DNA of 50,639 bases from positions 16,374,212 to 16,424,850 of the forward strand of contig NC_069005.1 in the NCBI RefSeq assembly GCF_001194135.2, written 5' to 3'. The DNA comes from Octopus bimaculoides. Lineage: Eukaryota. A program made the position numbers and the translations under genes. A model generated the notes under the pieces. That model was not told the DNA's origin. It made no database searches and was given only the letters and a program-made list of their open reading frames with translations. Shown here one piece after another: positions 39,669 through 50,639 of the stretch. Numbering within the stretch: the first letter of the stretch is position 1; every line of letters starts with the position of its first letter.

Positions 39669-40605
39669 NNNNNNNNNNNNNNNNNNNNNNNNNNNNNNNN
39701 NNNNNNNNNNNNNNNNNNNNNNNNNNNNNNNNNNNNNNNNNNNNNNNNNNNNNNNNNNNNNNNNNNNNNNNNNNNNNNNNNNNNNNNNNNNNNNNNNNNN
39801 NNNNNNNNNNNNNNNNNNNNNNNNNNNNNNNNNNNNNNNNNNNNNNNNNNNNNNNNNNNNNNNNNNNNNNNNNNNNNNNNNNNNNNNNNNNNNNNNNNNN
39901 NNNNNNNNNNNNNNNNNNNNNNNNNNNNNNNNNNNNNNNNNNNNNNNNNNNNNNNNNNNNNNNNNNNNNNNNNNNNNNNNNNNNNNNNNNNNNNNNNNNN
40001 NNNNNNNNNNNNNNNNNNNNNNNNNNNNNNNNNNNNNNNNNNNNNNNNNNNNNNNNNNNNNNNNNNNNNNNNNNNNNNNNNNNNNNNNNNNNNNNNNNNN
40101 NNNNNNNNNNNNNNNNNNNNNNNNNNNNNNNNNNNNNNNNNNNNNNNNNNNNNNNNNNNNNNNNNNNNNNNNNNNNNNNNNNNNNNNNNNNNNNNNNNNN
40201 NNNNNNNNNNNNNNNNNNNNNNNNNNNNNNNNNNNNNNNNNNNNNNNNNNNNNNNNNNNNNNNNNNNNNNNNNNNNNNNNNNNNNNNNNNNNNNNNNNNN
40301 NNNNNNNNNNNNNNNNNNNNNNNNNNNNNNNNNNNNNNNNNNNNNNNNNNNNNNNNNNNNNNNNNNNNNNNNNNNNNNNNNNNNNNNNNNNNNNNNNNNN
40401 NNNNNNNNNNNNNNNNNNNNNNNNNNNNNNNNNNNNNNNNNNNNNNNNNNNNNNNNNNNNNNNNNNNNNNNNNNNNNNNNNNNNNNNNNNNNNNNNNNNN
40501 NNNNNNNNNNNNNNNNNNNNNNNNNNNNNNNNNNNNNNNNNNNNNNNNNNNNNNNNNNNNNNNNNNNNNNNNNNNNNNNNNNNNNNNNNNNNNNNNNNNN
40601 NNNNN

Positions 40606-40647
<42 letters not shown>

Positions 40648-40879
40648 GCACACGCTTGCACGAAAGCATCTACTTACATGCATGCGCAAACGCACACAGC
40701 AACATGCACACGCGCACGCGTGCATGAGTGCGTGCGCACGTAGATAAGTGTGCGTGTACACACATGAACACGCACTCTAGCACATGTAGCGTATGCACAC
40801 TAGTGTGTATATATCCGTGTGCTTGTATACGCGTAGACACGCAGACACGCGTACGCATATAAACTCGTGTAGTTATGTA

Positions 40880-41590
40880 GAAACGGCGAGAAAATGCGAG
40901 TAGACAGGCATGAACAATTGTTGAGGATTGGTGATTTCGACCCCGTATATGGGGGTTAGTTTGTGACGGTGACCTTGGTGCAGGTGGTGCAGGGGAGTAG
41001 CTGGTACTAAGAAGGTATATCTGGGTTGTCGGAGACTAATAGCTTGAAATTTACCAGAAGGGTATATCTCTGGTGACAGCAACAGGATACTGCGGGTTGG
41101 TAGAGGATATGTAGTTTTTCGCGGAGGCAGAGCTGGCCATTAGGGGCCGAGTGAATATGGCAGTGCCCTGTCGACAATAGTGCACTTGATGCTGGGTGTT
41201 TCGTATCGAAGGTCACGGAGTCTCCAGACAAGGAAGTGGAGTTCTCTCTATTTCTGGATCTGAATGAGTGCATGTGCTGGGAGCACCATCTTTTAAAGTC
41301 ATTGGCTGTCATATCTGTATAGTGCCTAGTGATGCCATCGGATGATGTAAGGGTAGCTCTGTATACTACAGCCGTTGACAGGCAGGATCCTTCTATAGGG
41401 CAGGTGGTGGGGTTTCGAAACTTGCAAGCTGGAGTTGTAGGTTATGTGGGTGCATTTTTGCGTCTGTTGATGCGTGCGATGTTGCCTAAACAGGAGTAGC
41501 TCACATTGACATTATCGGGGTTGTGATACTTATGGCCTCTGGAAAAGGTTTCTTAATTAACGACAGGCAGCCCCCTGGCTACGTTGGTAG
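40880..41590 (-). mobile_element. Penelope-like element 3' end: GIY-YIG endonuclease plus trailer
   Basis: Minus strand: LIKKPFP..HKYH..NVNVSYSCLGNI; CKFRNPTTCPIEGSCLSTAVVYRAT..HYTDMTANDFKRW..H; CQLC-like GQLCLREKLHIL; CCHQR..L.NFK. This is the Cys-rich linker plus GIY-YIG arrangement typical of PLEs. Confidence 0.88.
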
Positions 41591-42164
41591 AAACTTCTAG
41601 GTTAAATGGGTGTGTGTGCGTGTGTGCGCGCGCGGATGTGTAAATGTACTCCTCTGCACACACATACATTCGCATAAATACAGACACACACAGATATATA
41701 AGTACATACACACGCAATTATATACGCATATACTCGCATATACTTGCACATCTCCCCCCCTTTCCTTCTCCCTCATTTACGCGATCGATTTCCTGTCCAC
41801 CACCCAGTCGATTTCCTGTTCACCATGCTCTATTTTCCAAGTAACTGTTGCCGCTGAAATACCAGCAACAAACTGTGACACCGCATGACCTTTCTCGACC
41901 ATTCGCAGACTAACGTTCAGTAGTAAAAAGTGACTTTCTCCTATCGACATCTCATTCTAATTCCAATGGTTGAAGACTAGTATCACGCTTGAAACTCGGA
42001 CTAGCAAGGAATTTGGATTAAACTATTTGACTCATATGTGTGTGTATGTATGTGTATGTATGTATGTATGTATGTATGTATGTATGTATACGTGCAGATT
42101 TGTATGTTTTATGTATGTATTCTCATGCATATAGTTGCATATCTAGACATGCTCATATATACTT

Positions 42165-42575
42165 AAATGATAAACTTCTAGAGAGTTTTACAGATTTTTA
42201 CAGTTCCAGTGGTGGATTCGATCTGTAGCCTTCGAATTAGCTTTCTTCTTTCTAGTTTGGAGTAGCCTAATTTCTCAAGATTGGTATTTAGACAGAGTGT
42301 TACATATCCCAGGGCCCCAATGATTACAGGTATAAACCTGAACTTGTAACTGCATATTTCTCAATAGTTTAACATAGGTGTTCATTTTCACTGAACTTCA
42401 GTTTTATGTTAATATCTGCTGGGCAGCTAATTTCCACAACTCTGCAGAGTTTCTCTTCTCTGTCCCAAATCATTATATCAGGTCTGTTGTGCTTACATTT
42501 TATTGAGGTCTTCACTGTTACATTCCACCAGTATTCCTTTTTATTATGAGTGGCTATGGCTTCTACCATATTGTG
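42165..42575 (-). mobile_element. RLE non-LTR retrotransposon C-terminal fragment (R4/Dong-like, distinct subfamily)
   Basis: YWWNVTVKTSIKCKHNRPDIMIWDREEKLCRVVEISCPAD, then PVIIGALGYV. Confidence 0.85.
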
Positions 42576-42614
42576 TGTGCGGGTGTATGTATGTATGTAT
42601 GTATGTATGTATGC

Positions 42615-43790
42615 ATTGGGTTGACCAGAAAATCCGTTCGGTTTTTTGTCAGCACTAAATTTCAAGTACTTTAATAAGTAGCTAACTCCAGTCTGTCTTT
42701 GCGCATGAGCATTCACTTATATATTTGAAACTTCAGCGTAGTTCGACGCGAACTTACGGTGAGAAAGGTTGTATCTAATGTTCTTGAAATCATCCCGAAA
42801 ATGGAAAACGAAGATTATCGACACCTCGTGCTTTTTTATTTCAAAAGAGGCAAGAAAGCGACGTGAACTTGCAAGGAGATATGCACTCCATACGGAGAGG
42901 ATACTGTCATGGAACGAGCGTGCCAGAAGTCGTTTTCAAGATTTCGATAGGTAATTTTTTTCGCTTCAAAATGCACCTCGCTCTGGCTAGCCATCTGAGA
43001 TTACCAACGACAAAGTGAAGTTGCTGGTCAACACCAGCTCTCGTTATACGCGACCAGGATGATCGCAAGTATTCTCCAAATATCCAAATTGAGTGTTGTT
43101 GAGAACCATCTGCATCAGATTGATTACGTCAGCAGGCTCAATGTTTGGTTACCTCATTCAATTAATGAGGTTGATTCGTTGCAGAAATGTGAAGAACACT
43201 ATCCTCTTTTGAAAAGAATGGTGACAGGAGACAATAAACGGATCGTCTATAAAAATGTGAAGCGCAAGCGATCATGAGGATAACGCGACGAACCATCACA
43301 AATAACTTCCAAAGCAGGACTTCACCCAATAAAGGTTATGATTTCAATTGGTAGGAGTTGATTTTACAAGCTCCTTCCCACGGACAGGGCCATTAATTTG
43401 GATGTGTACTGTGACCAGCTGGACAAATTAAACGCACCGATCCACCAGAAGCGTCCAGCACTTGCTAATCGTAAGGCTATTGTCTATCATCGCGTCAATG
43501 CCAGACCGCTCACTTCTTTGCAAACGCAGCAAAAGTTACAAGGGTTGGCTGAGGTGTTTTGCCGCGCCTTCCATATTCACCCTATCTTCCGCTTTCAGAT
43601 TTCCACCTATTTCGGTTGGTCCCAAAATTCATTGGATGGAAAGACCTTCAACTTTGAAGAGGCCGAGTAAATTTATTTGCAAGAGTTTTTCGCCAGTAAA
43701 GATAAGAAATTCTTTGAGCAGAGAATAATGGATCTGTCCACACGACAGCAAAAGATATTGGGACGAAACAGTAATTACATTATTACTTGA
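42615..43790 (+). mobile_element. mariner-type DNA transposon, decayed; left TIR present, right TIR not found
   Basis: Left end ATTGGGTTGACCAGAAAATCCGTTCGG. Transposase 42801-43790: HLVLFYFKRG, APRSG, W(L)PH, VTGDNKRIVY (first Asp), VNARP (HDNARPH-like), LDGKTF..E..FF..K..FF..I..L; frameshifts and stops. Confidence 0.9.
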
Positions 43791-43879
43791 ATAAATCGCT
43801 TTGTTCTATATTTGAGAGATGAGGAATTATGTACATTATTTACATTTGACGGATATTTGTCCTCATCTTGTTTGTTGTT

Positions 43880-43925
43880 AACACAACGTATCGGCTGATA
43901 TACTCTCCAGCCTTCATCAGGTGTC
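43880..43925 (-). ncRNA. Minimal type-I hammerhead ribozyme motif within a Penelope-type terminal repeat (43815-43975); one core substitution
   Basis: Minus strand GACAC-CUGAUGA-A-GGCUG(10-nt loop)CAGCC-GAUA-C-GUU-GUGUU: stem I GACAC/GUGUU, 5-bp stem II, palindromic ACGU stem III. GAAA is changed to GAUA. Confidence 0.65.
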
Positions 43926-44091
43926 TTGGGGAAATTTCGAACCTGGGTTCTCATTCCTAAGGTATTTGTTGTTGTTGTTGTTGTCGCAAAAACTGAAACC
44001 GGTGCTAAAATGTTCTTCATGATAAAATTATTTTAGCATTTTCTACCTTGTCTTATTTTCCTTATACGTATCAACTCGTGTGTTCCTTTTC

Positions 44092-44127
<36 letters not shown>

Positions 44128-44223
44128 TTTGTTTNNNNNNNNNNNNNNNNNNNNNNNNNNNNNNNNNNNNNNNNNNNNNNNNNNNNNNNNNNNNNNNNNN
44201 NNNNNNNNNNNNNNNNNNNNNNN

Positions 44224-44267
<44 letters not shown>

Positions 44268-44287
44268 GTGTGTGTGTGTGTGTACAC

Positions 44288-44335
44288 ATTCTTTTATTCT
44301 TTTAATTGTTTCACTCATTTGATTGCAGCCAAGGT
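44288..44335 (-). mobile_element. SINE family 1, short 3' tail remnant
   Basis: The reverse complement GGCTGCAATCAAATGAGTGAAACAATTAAAAGAATAAAA matches the family tail. Confidence 0.55.
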
Positions 44336-46559
44336 TTTCCGTTGCGTTGTTGCCTTTATTGAACTCATAAAGCAAAATAAAGTAAAATAAAGCGTTAACA
44401 ATGTTTTATGGACACGAATGTGTCTCTTGAAACCTGCTGGTGCCTTGCAAACCTTTTGGCAAATGGGACAATTTGAGGACCCAGTTTGCTTGAGCGCTTG
44501 TGGATCATTTACTATGCGTTTTCTTAGGTGGACAACAAGGCCCGCTTTGCTTCATGTCTCAAAGCCACACACACACACACAAACACACACACATCTACAT
44601 AAGAAATTAAGACGACAAAAGAATAAACAAGTGTCTTATGAACTTCATTAGCTTAGAGTTGTTTCTGCTATAAGTTGCAGTGGATTCATAGCTGAGTGCT
44701 TCAATATCATCGGAGCCTTAGACATGAAGTGCTTCCCAAATAAATAGTATTTCATGCCTGAGGTTTATGAAATTCATAAGATAATCGTTTATTCCTTTAT
44801 CATCTCCTTTTCCTTATTACCGCTCTGTACTCGACTAAGGCTTCGTTCTGAAGCATATGTATATAGAGTTCTGCACCACGTTATCAATCTCGCAATGTGA
44901 AATATTAAAATACTAACGGGACCCGTGAATATTTCACGGAATTAGTGGTAAACCTATTGGGTTATTTCTGAAAACTTTATCCCAAAAACTTGAAAGCGTA
45001 TCCTGTGTTGTGTCTGTATGGAAAGATAATCGCTCGTCTGCTACTCATTGAAAAGTGAAAGAAATTGGAATACGGTGATTACTTAATTCATTTTATATAT
45101 ACACTTTATATACTTTATGCACAATTTTATAGACTTAATACTCATAAAGTAAATATTCACTTTTATTTTTCCATTTCCCCCATCAACAAAAAATATCCCG
45201 TACATATGATACAACCTTTAGTTACACTGCGTATATCTACCACGTAAATAAGCATGAATATTTCGCGGAATTAAACTTATGCGCATGCGTTAAGTGACAG
45301 GTGATATACAAAAACTGTTCAATTTTTTAAAAAATACACTTTTCACTATCCGATCACCACCACCACCTCCATCTCCAACATCACCACCACCTCCATATCC
45401 ACCACCAAAACACCCACCACAGTTATTCTTATATGCTCTGAGATTTTTGGCAATTTGTAGAAACAAGAAAGTAAAGTACTAGCACAGATAGCTCTCAAAC
45501 ACTTCTACTAATCCAATGGTCTGGACTGGAATTTCATTTATCTATCCAGAAAGAATCTATAAATGAATTCATGTGGCTCTGTGGGGATTCGAACTGGAAG
45601 TCCAGAGAGCTAGATGAAATATCACGAGGTTTTGCATCCGATGTTCTAATGCCTCTGTTAATTAGCCACATGTGTTTGTATGTGTGCGTGTGTGTTCTTG
45701 TGTGCGAGTGCGCACTTATANNNNNNNNNNNNNNNNNNNNNNNNNNNNNNNNNNNNNNNNNNNNNNNNNNNNNNNNNNNNNNNNNNNNNNNNNNNNNNNN
45801 NNNNNNNNNNNNNNNNNNNNNNNNNNNNNNNNNNNNNNNNNNNNNNNNNNNNNNNNNNNNNNNNNNNNNNNNNNNNNNNNNNNNNNNNNNNNNNNNNNNN
45901 NNNNNNNNNNNNNNNNNNNNNNNNNNNNNNNNNNNNNNNNNNNNNNNNNNNNNNNNNNNNNNNNNNNNNNNNNNNNNNNNNNNNNNNNNNNNNNNNNNNN
46001 NNNNNNNNNNNNNNNNNNNNNNNNNNNNNNNNNNNNNNNNNNNNNNNNNNNNNNNNNNNNNNNNNNNNNNNNNNNNNNNNNNNNNNNNNNNNNNNNNNNN
46101 NNNNNNNNNNNNNNNNNNNNNNNNNNNNNNNNNNNNNNNNNNNNNNNNNNNNNNNNNNNNNNNNNNNNNNNNNNNNNNNNNNNNNNNNNNNNNNNNNNNN
46201 NNNNNNNNNNNNNNNNNNNNNNNNNNNNNNNNNNNNNNNNNNNNNNNNNNNNNNNNNNNNNNNNNNNNNNNNNNNNNNNNNNNNNNNNNNNNNNNNNNNN
46301 NNNNNNNNNNNNNNNNNNNNNNNNNNNNNNNNNNNNNNNNNNNNNNNNNNNNNNNNNNNNNNNNNNNNNNNNNNNNNNNNNNNNNNNNNNNNNNNNNNNN
46401 NNNNNNNNNNNNNNNNNNNNNNNNNNNNNNNNNNNNNNNNNNNNNNNNNNNNNNNNNNNNNNNNNNNNNNNNNNNNNNNNNNNNNNNNNNNNNNNNNNNN
46501 NNNNNNNNNNNNNNNNNNNNNNNNNNNNNNNNNNNNNNNNNNNNNNNNNNNNNNNNNNN

Positions 46560-46617
<58 letters not shown>

Positions 46618-47042
46618 TATGTCTTGGTGACCTGGTCAACTTAAATTCTCTACCTGTCTAACTATTTGTTTGTTTAAAATCACCTGAAGATAGTTATGAT
46701 TTTTATTCATGAAGTAAACTAACCATTCATCAATGAATTGCTACTGAAACAGCTGTGGTAAACTTTAAAGTTCATTCGTGCCCTTCTTCTATACATACGC
46801 TAAACTTGAAACCATCCCGAGGTTGGATCTATAGTTTATATTGGATCGGATGCCTATACATTTTTATATACATTTGACTACATGTTATAATACTTGAATT
46901 AAAGTGTAGAGATGTGCATGCATACTTGCAGAATATTGCCTGCTAACAACAACCGAATATTGCTAGCTCAGTACCCGACCATTCTTTGCGTTCCATACGT
47001 TGGAATACTTAAGTTCTAATGAATCCTGCAACTGAATGTGTA

Positions 47043-47083
<41 letters not shown>

Positions 47084-47169
47084 AAGTAAAGTTGTGGAAT
47101 ACCGTACGAGTGGAAATATATATGAAAGAAGGTTTGAAAATGCACTTATTTTAAAGATATTTATTTACT

Positions 47170-47426
47170 TGTGTACAAAGGGCAGGGACGTGATCGACGC
47201 GGGCTGATGACCCGCGCCTACCGGGAATTCCTCGTTCACGGGGTTGGTTCCAGGCCCCGATCCCTATCACGGGAGGTGGTTCAGAGGTTTCCCGACCCTC
47301 TCGGGCCGGGGGAGACGCGCCCGCTGATACTTCCAGTGTAGCGCGCGTGCGGCCCCGGACATCTAAGGGCATCACAGACCTGTTATCGCTCCGCCTCGTG
47401 CGGCTTTCTGCCGCCCGTCCCTCTAA
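47170..47426 (-). rRNA. 18S rRNA: Isolated 257-bp 18S rRNA fragment (3' major domain); rDNA-derived pseudogene fragment
   Basis: The plus strand carries the reverse complements of universal SSU motifs: TGTGTACAAAGGGCAGGGACG, GGAATTCCTCGTTCA, GTGTAGCGCGCGTGCGGCCC and ACATCTAAGGGCATCACAGACCTGTTAT. Both flanks are AT-rich non-rDNA sequence. Confidence 0.96.
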
Positions 47427-48106
47427 ATATATATATATATATATATAACCATTTTCAAGATCCAATAAAATCGAGATATTTTAATAACAAAGGCACCAAG
47501 TTAGAGCCAAGATCAGCATACCCGTATTTCAACAGTGTGCATGAACACTCACGTACTTACTAAAGCATAAACGCATCTCCTTTTTCCAGTTACGCATACA
47601 TTCAAAACTATAAGCCAAATACACTCAACTTAGAGGCAAATTCACACAAGAGTATATAATCCCGCATGCAGCCCATGGTCCACTATAGGCTCAAGGTCCA
47701 ACGAAGAGAAGGTTCCGAATGTGGTGTAGTATAAATAATAGCACAAATGGGCTGAAGTTCACTACAGTTGTTTCAGAAGTATTTTTTATTGATGAAGAAA
47801 TCAATTACATTATATATAAAAAAAAGAAACGCTTTCTTCAGGTGAATTAAAATTAAAATAAAATTTAATATTAAAGATTTTTCACACAAATCCTAAATGT
47901 TAAATTTTATATTTTTAATTCAGCCGAAGAAAATTATTTCTTTTTTTACATGATGCACCCTAGTTCATCCGGGTCACCGTTATTATCTCCCTTTCACTCT
48001 GCCTCTTTCTTCCAGTCATTTCATCATCTTGAACCGTTAATCCCTACACATTGTTTTCTCCCTCCGTCTTTCTTTTCGCTCTCCGTCTGTTTTTTTCTTC
48101 TCAGTC

Positions 48107-48143
48107 TTTTCTGTCGAAAAGCGTAGGCTCGAAATGTCAAAGA
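48107..48143 (+). ncRNA. Degenerate minimal hammerhead motif in a Penelope-type terminal repeat (about 48035-48240)
   Basis: UUUU-CUGUCGA-AAAGC-GUAG-GCUC-GAAA-U-GUC-AAAG; the core is partly mutated. The downstream CCGAGCGTCAA matches CTGAGCGTCCAA of the copy at 50500. Confidence 0.45.
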
Positions 48144-48257
48144 GTTTTCCATTCTTCCCGAGCGTCAAACTAATACACCTGCTTGTTTTTCCTTCACCTG
48201 TCTTTGTCTTTTGTTTTCTGTAAATTTGAACCATATTATATATATTCATTTTCTTTT

Positions 48258-48450
48258 ATTTATTTCAGTCATTTGACTACGTCCCTGCTGGAGCACCGCC
48301 TTTAGCCGAGCAAATCGACTCCAGGACTTATTCTTTGTAAGCGTAGTACTTATTCTATCGGTTCTTTTGTCGAACCGCTAAGTTAAGGGGACGTAAACAC
48401 ACCAACATCAGTTGTCAAGCGATGGTGTAGGGATAAACACAGACGCACAA
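48258..48450 (-). mobile_element. SINE family 1, 3' half
   Basis: Reverse complement of about 28778-28960. Confidence 0.9.
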
Positions 48451-48519
48451 ACATATACACACACACACACATAATCATGTGCGCGCGCACACACACACAC
48501 ACTCAAACACACACACACT

Positions 48520-48554
<35 letters not shown>

Positions 48555-48827
48555 TTGTGAGTTGGGATAACTTATGAAATTCATGGTAAAATTGAAAGCT
48601 CAATTGTAAAACAATAATTCTAGCGCTTCAGAAGCACATCAGTGTGTGTAAACATTTTGATGGTAAGGTTATGTTTAAGCATATAAATCTTACGAATACA
48701 TTTATTTGCAAATATAATAAATTCTTTCAGTCATCCTTTTCCAGAGAATAATTCCATTATATATAGAACTAGGGTAAGCTAAAGTTAACTCGAATTTTTT
48801 TTATTACACCAGGATTTTATAACGACC

Positions 48828-48887
<60 letters not shown>

Positions 48888-49066
48888 NNNNNNNNNNNNN
48901 NNNNNNNNNNNNNNNNNNNNNNNNNNNNNNNNNNNNNNNNNNNNNNNNNNNNNNNNNNNNNNNNNNNNNNNNNNNNNNNNNNNNNNNNNNNNNNNNNNNN
49001 NNNNNNNNNNNNNNNNNNNNNNNNNNNNNNNNNNNNNNNNNNNNNNNNNNNNNNNNNNNNNNNNNN

Positions 49067-49110
<44 letters not shown>

Positions 49111-49129
49111 AAATAGTGAGGTATTATCA

Positions 49130-49990
49130 AACCGGGCAAAATACTTTACAAGCTCTCTGTTGGAACACCAGACTAATAATATTACTTAGATTAGTGAAGA
49201 ACTCCAGGTAATCTTTTGGTAGGTTCCCAGATTATGGCTCAGCACACTTCTATATTGTAAATCCGTGAATGGGCTCCAGATAAACTGGTTTTTACACAGA
49301 GTAACATATAAGAAACAAGTTTTAAAATAATGGTCATTACATATAATTCCTTTATTTGAAAAAATTTGGTTTACAGTTGTTTCCAGTAGTCATTATAGGT
49401 ACATTACAGATAGGTTTACTCAAGTGGTCTATTGATCAATTGAACGACCAAAGAAAATTAATGCTACTTTCATCAGAGCCATTTCTGGTTATAACGGGCA
49501 GAGCAGTGGAGGAACGGCTATTATGTGAGTAAGGTGGGGGAAGATAGGGATGTTCAAGTAGAATGGAGTACAGGGGAAGACAGGTTACAAAGGTGTAGTA
49601 CAGGAGTCACTTAGCAGAGGTGGGAGTATTGTATTCCAAAATTTGGAAGAATGACAGTCTCAAACATGGGTCAGCACCCATTACCATATTAGCATTGTGT
49701 TGAGATTTGATATGGGCTTTTCATGGACATTGATCATTCTAAGACAATAATGTTCAGTTTTTAATCTAGCATAGTGGGGAATTAATGTTTGACAGTGAAA
49801 AGATACTATTTTCATTCCTATTGTAGAGGTCATAAAAACTCTTATTATCAGTATATAAATACTGATAGATATTGAGATGTTGTCACAAATGGGGTGATGT
49901 CAAGTTGAAATCGTTGAAAATTAGTTGTAAATTCAGGTTGACCTGATTATTTAGGTTTTAAAATTTAAACTAATAAGAGGGTTAGGGTTT
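49130..49990 (-). mobile_element. Very decayed APE/RT LINE fragment (CR1-like), tentative
   Basis: LIFNDFNL resembles the APE GDFN motif; otherwise weak. Confidence 0.25.
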
Positions 49991-50496
49991 CAATTTTAAC
50001 TAAAGTTGAAGTTTCTAAAATTAGCATTAAGTTAAACTAAGCTATAGAGGATTAGAGTAAACTTGCATAGTAATGTGTTATACCAAAACAATTATGATGA
50101 CGGTGACAGCATCAGCATCAGCAACATCAATATCAATAATATCAACATCAGTAATATCAATACCAATAATATTAATAAAATCACAATACGATAATCTTCC
50201 AAAATAATAACAGAAATAACAATACCAATAACCATAGGGTAATAATAAAATAACGATAAGAGTGTAATGGTCCCAATACCGGAATAAAGGTAAAAAATAT
50301 TAATATTAAAATATTAAAATATTAAAAGAATAAAACAGGATAAATAAAATTTGTTAAAAAAAATTAAAATTTGTTTTTTTTTAAAACTAAAAAAAGAGTT
50401 TTAAAATAAATTTAAATCCATGGATATAATGTAACCTCGTGGGCATCGGTACCATTTTCCTCTTTCTCCGTTCTTCCATTCTCCGAACTTTCCATC

Positions 50497-50529
50497 TTTC
50501 CGACGAAGGGCTACGCCCGAAACGTCATA
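50497..50529 (+). ncRNA. Minimal hammerhead motif in a Penelope-type terminal repeat (about 50430-50615); one core substitution
   Basis: CCGACGA-A-GGGC-UAC-GCCC-GAAA-C-GUC: 4-bp stem II, palindromic ACGU stem III, GUC triplet. CUGA is changed to CCGA and stem I is weak. Confidence 0.55.
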
Positions 50530-50639
50530 CACTCTCTCTTTCCTTTCCTGAGCGTCCAATAACACTATCCGTATCACGTCTTCACTTTGTTGTTTTTTTG
50601 TTATTGTTTTTTTGAACTTATATATATATATATATATAT

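Noticed and set aside
47151-47465. 104-aa minus-strand ORF (GRAAESRTRRSDNRSVMPLDV...)
   Set aside because: It is the conceptual translation of the 18S rRNA fragment, a well-known source of spurious proteins.

Overview
Repeat-saturated eukaryotic (animal) genomic scaffold with 16 N-gaps (about 7 kb in total), most of them abutting microsatellites. The repeat types (tRNA-headed SINEs with internal microsatellites, TAA-associated RLE-type LINEs, a GC-rich 18S fragment) point to an octopus or other cephalopod genome; this is an inference. Only one host-gene exon is supportable: a minus-strand first coding exon (13560-13890) that begins with a SNAG repressor motif (MPKSLLVRR) and ends at a canonical GT donor. 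Its downstream, presumably C2H2 zinc-finger, exons are not visible. Everything else is decayed mobile DNA: (i) a stack of R4/Dong-clade RLE non-LTR retrotransposons bordered by (TAA)n tracts; (ii) three fragments of one L1/Tx1-like APE LINE family; (iii) Penelope-like RT and GIY-YIG fragments plus several short repeats carrying minimal hammerhead-ribozyme cores; (iv) a pogo-type and a mariner-type DNA transposon, and a MITE with long TIRs; (v) several SINE families; (vi) an isolated 257-bp 18S rRNA fragment. There are no CRISPR arrays, tRNA genes or prokaryotic features. All family assignments rest on protein or RNA motifs read by eye; no database search was run.
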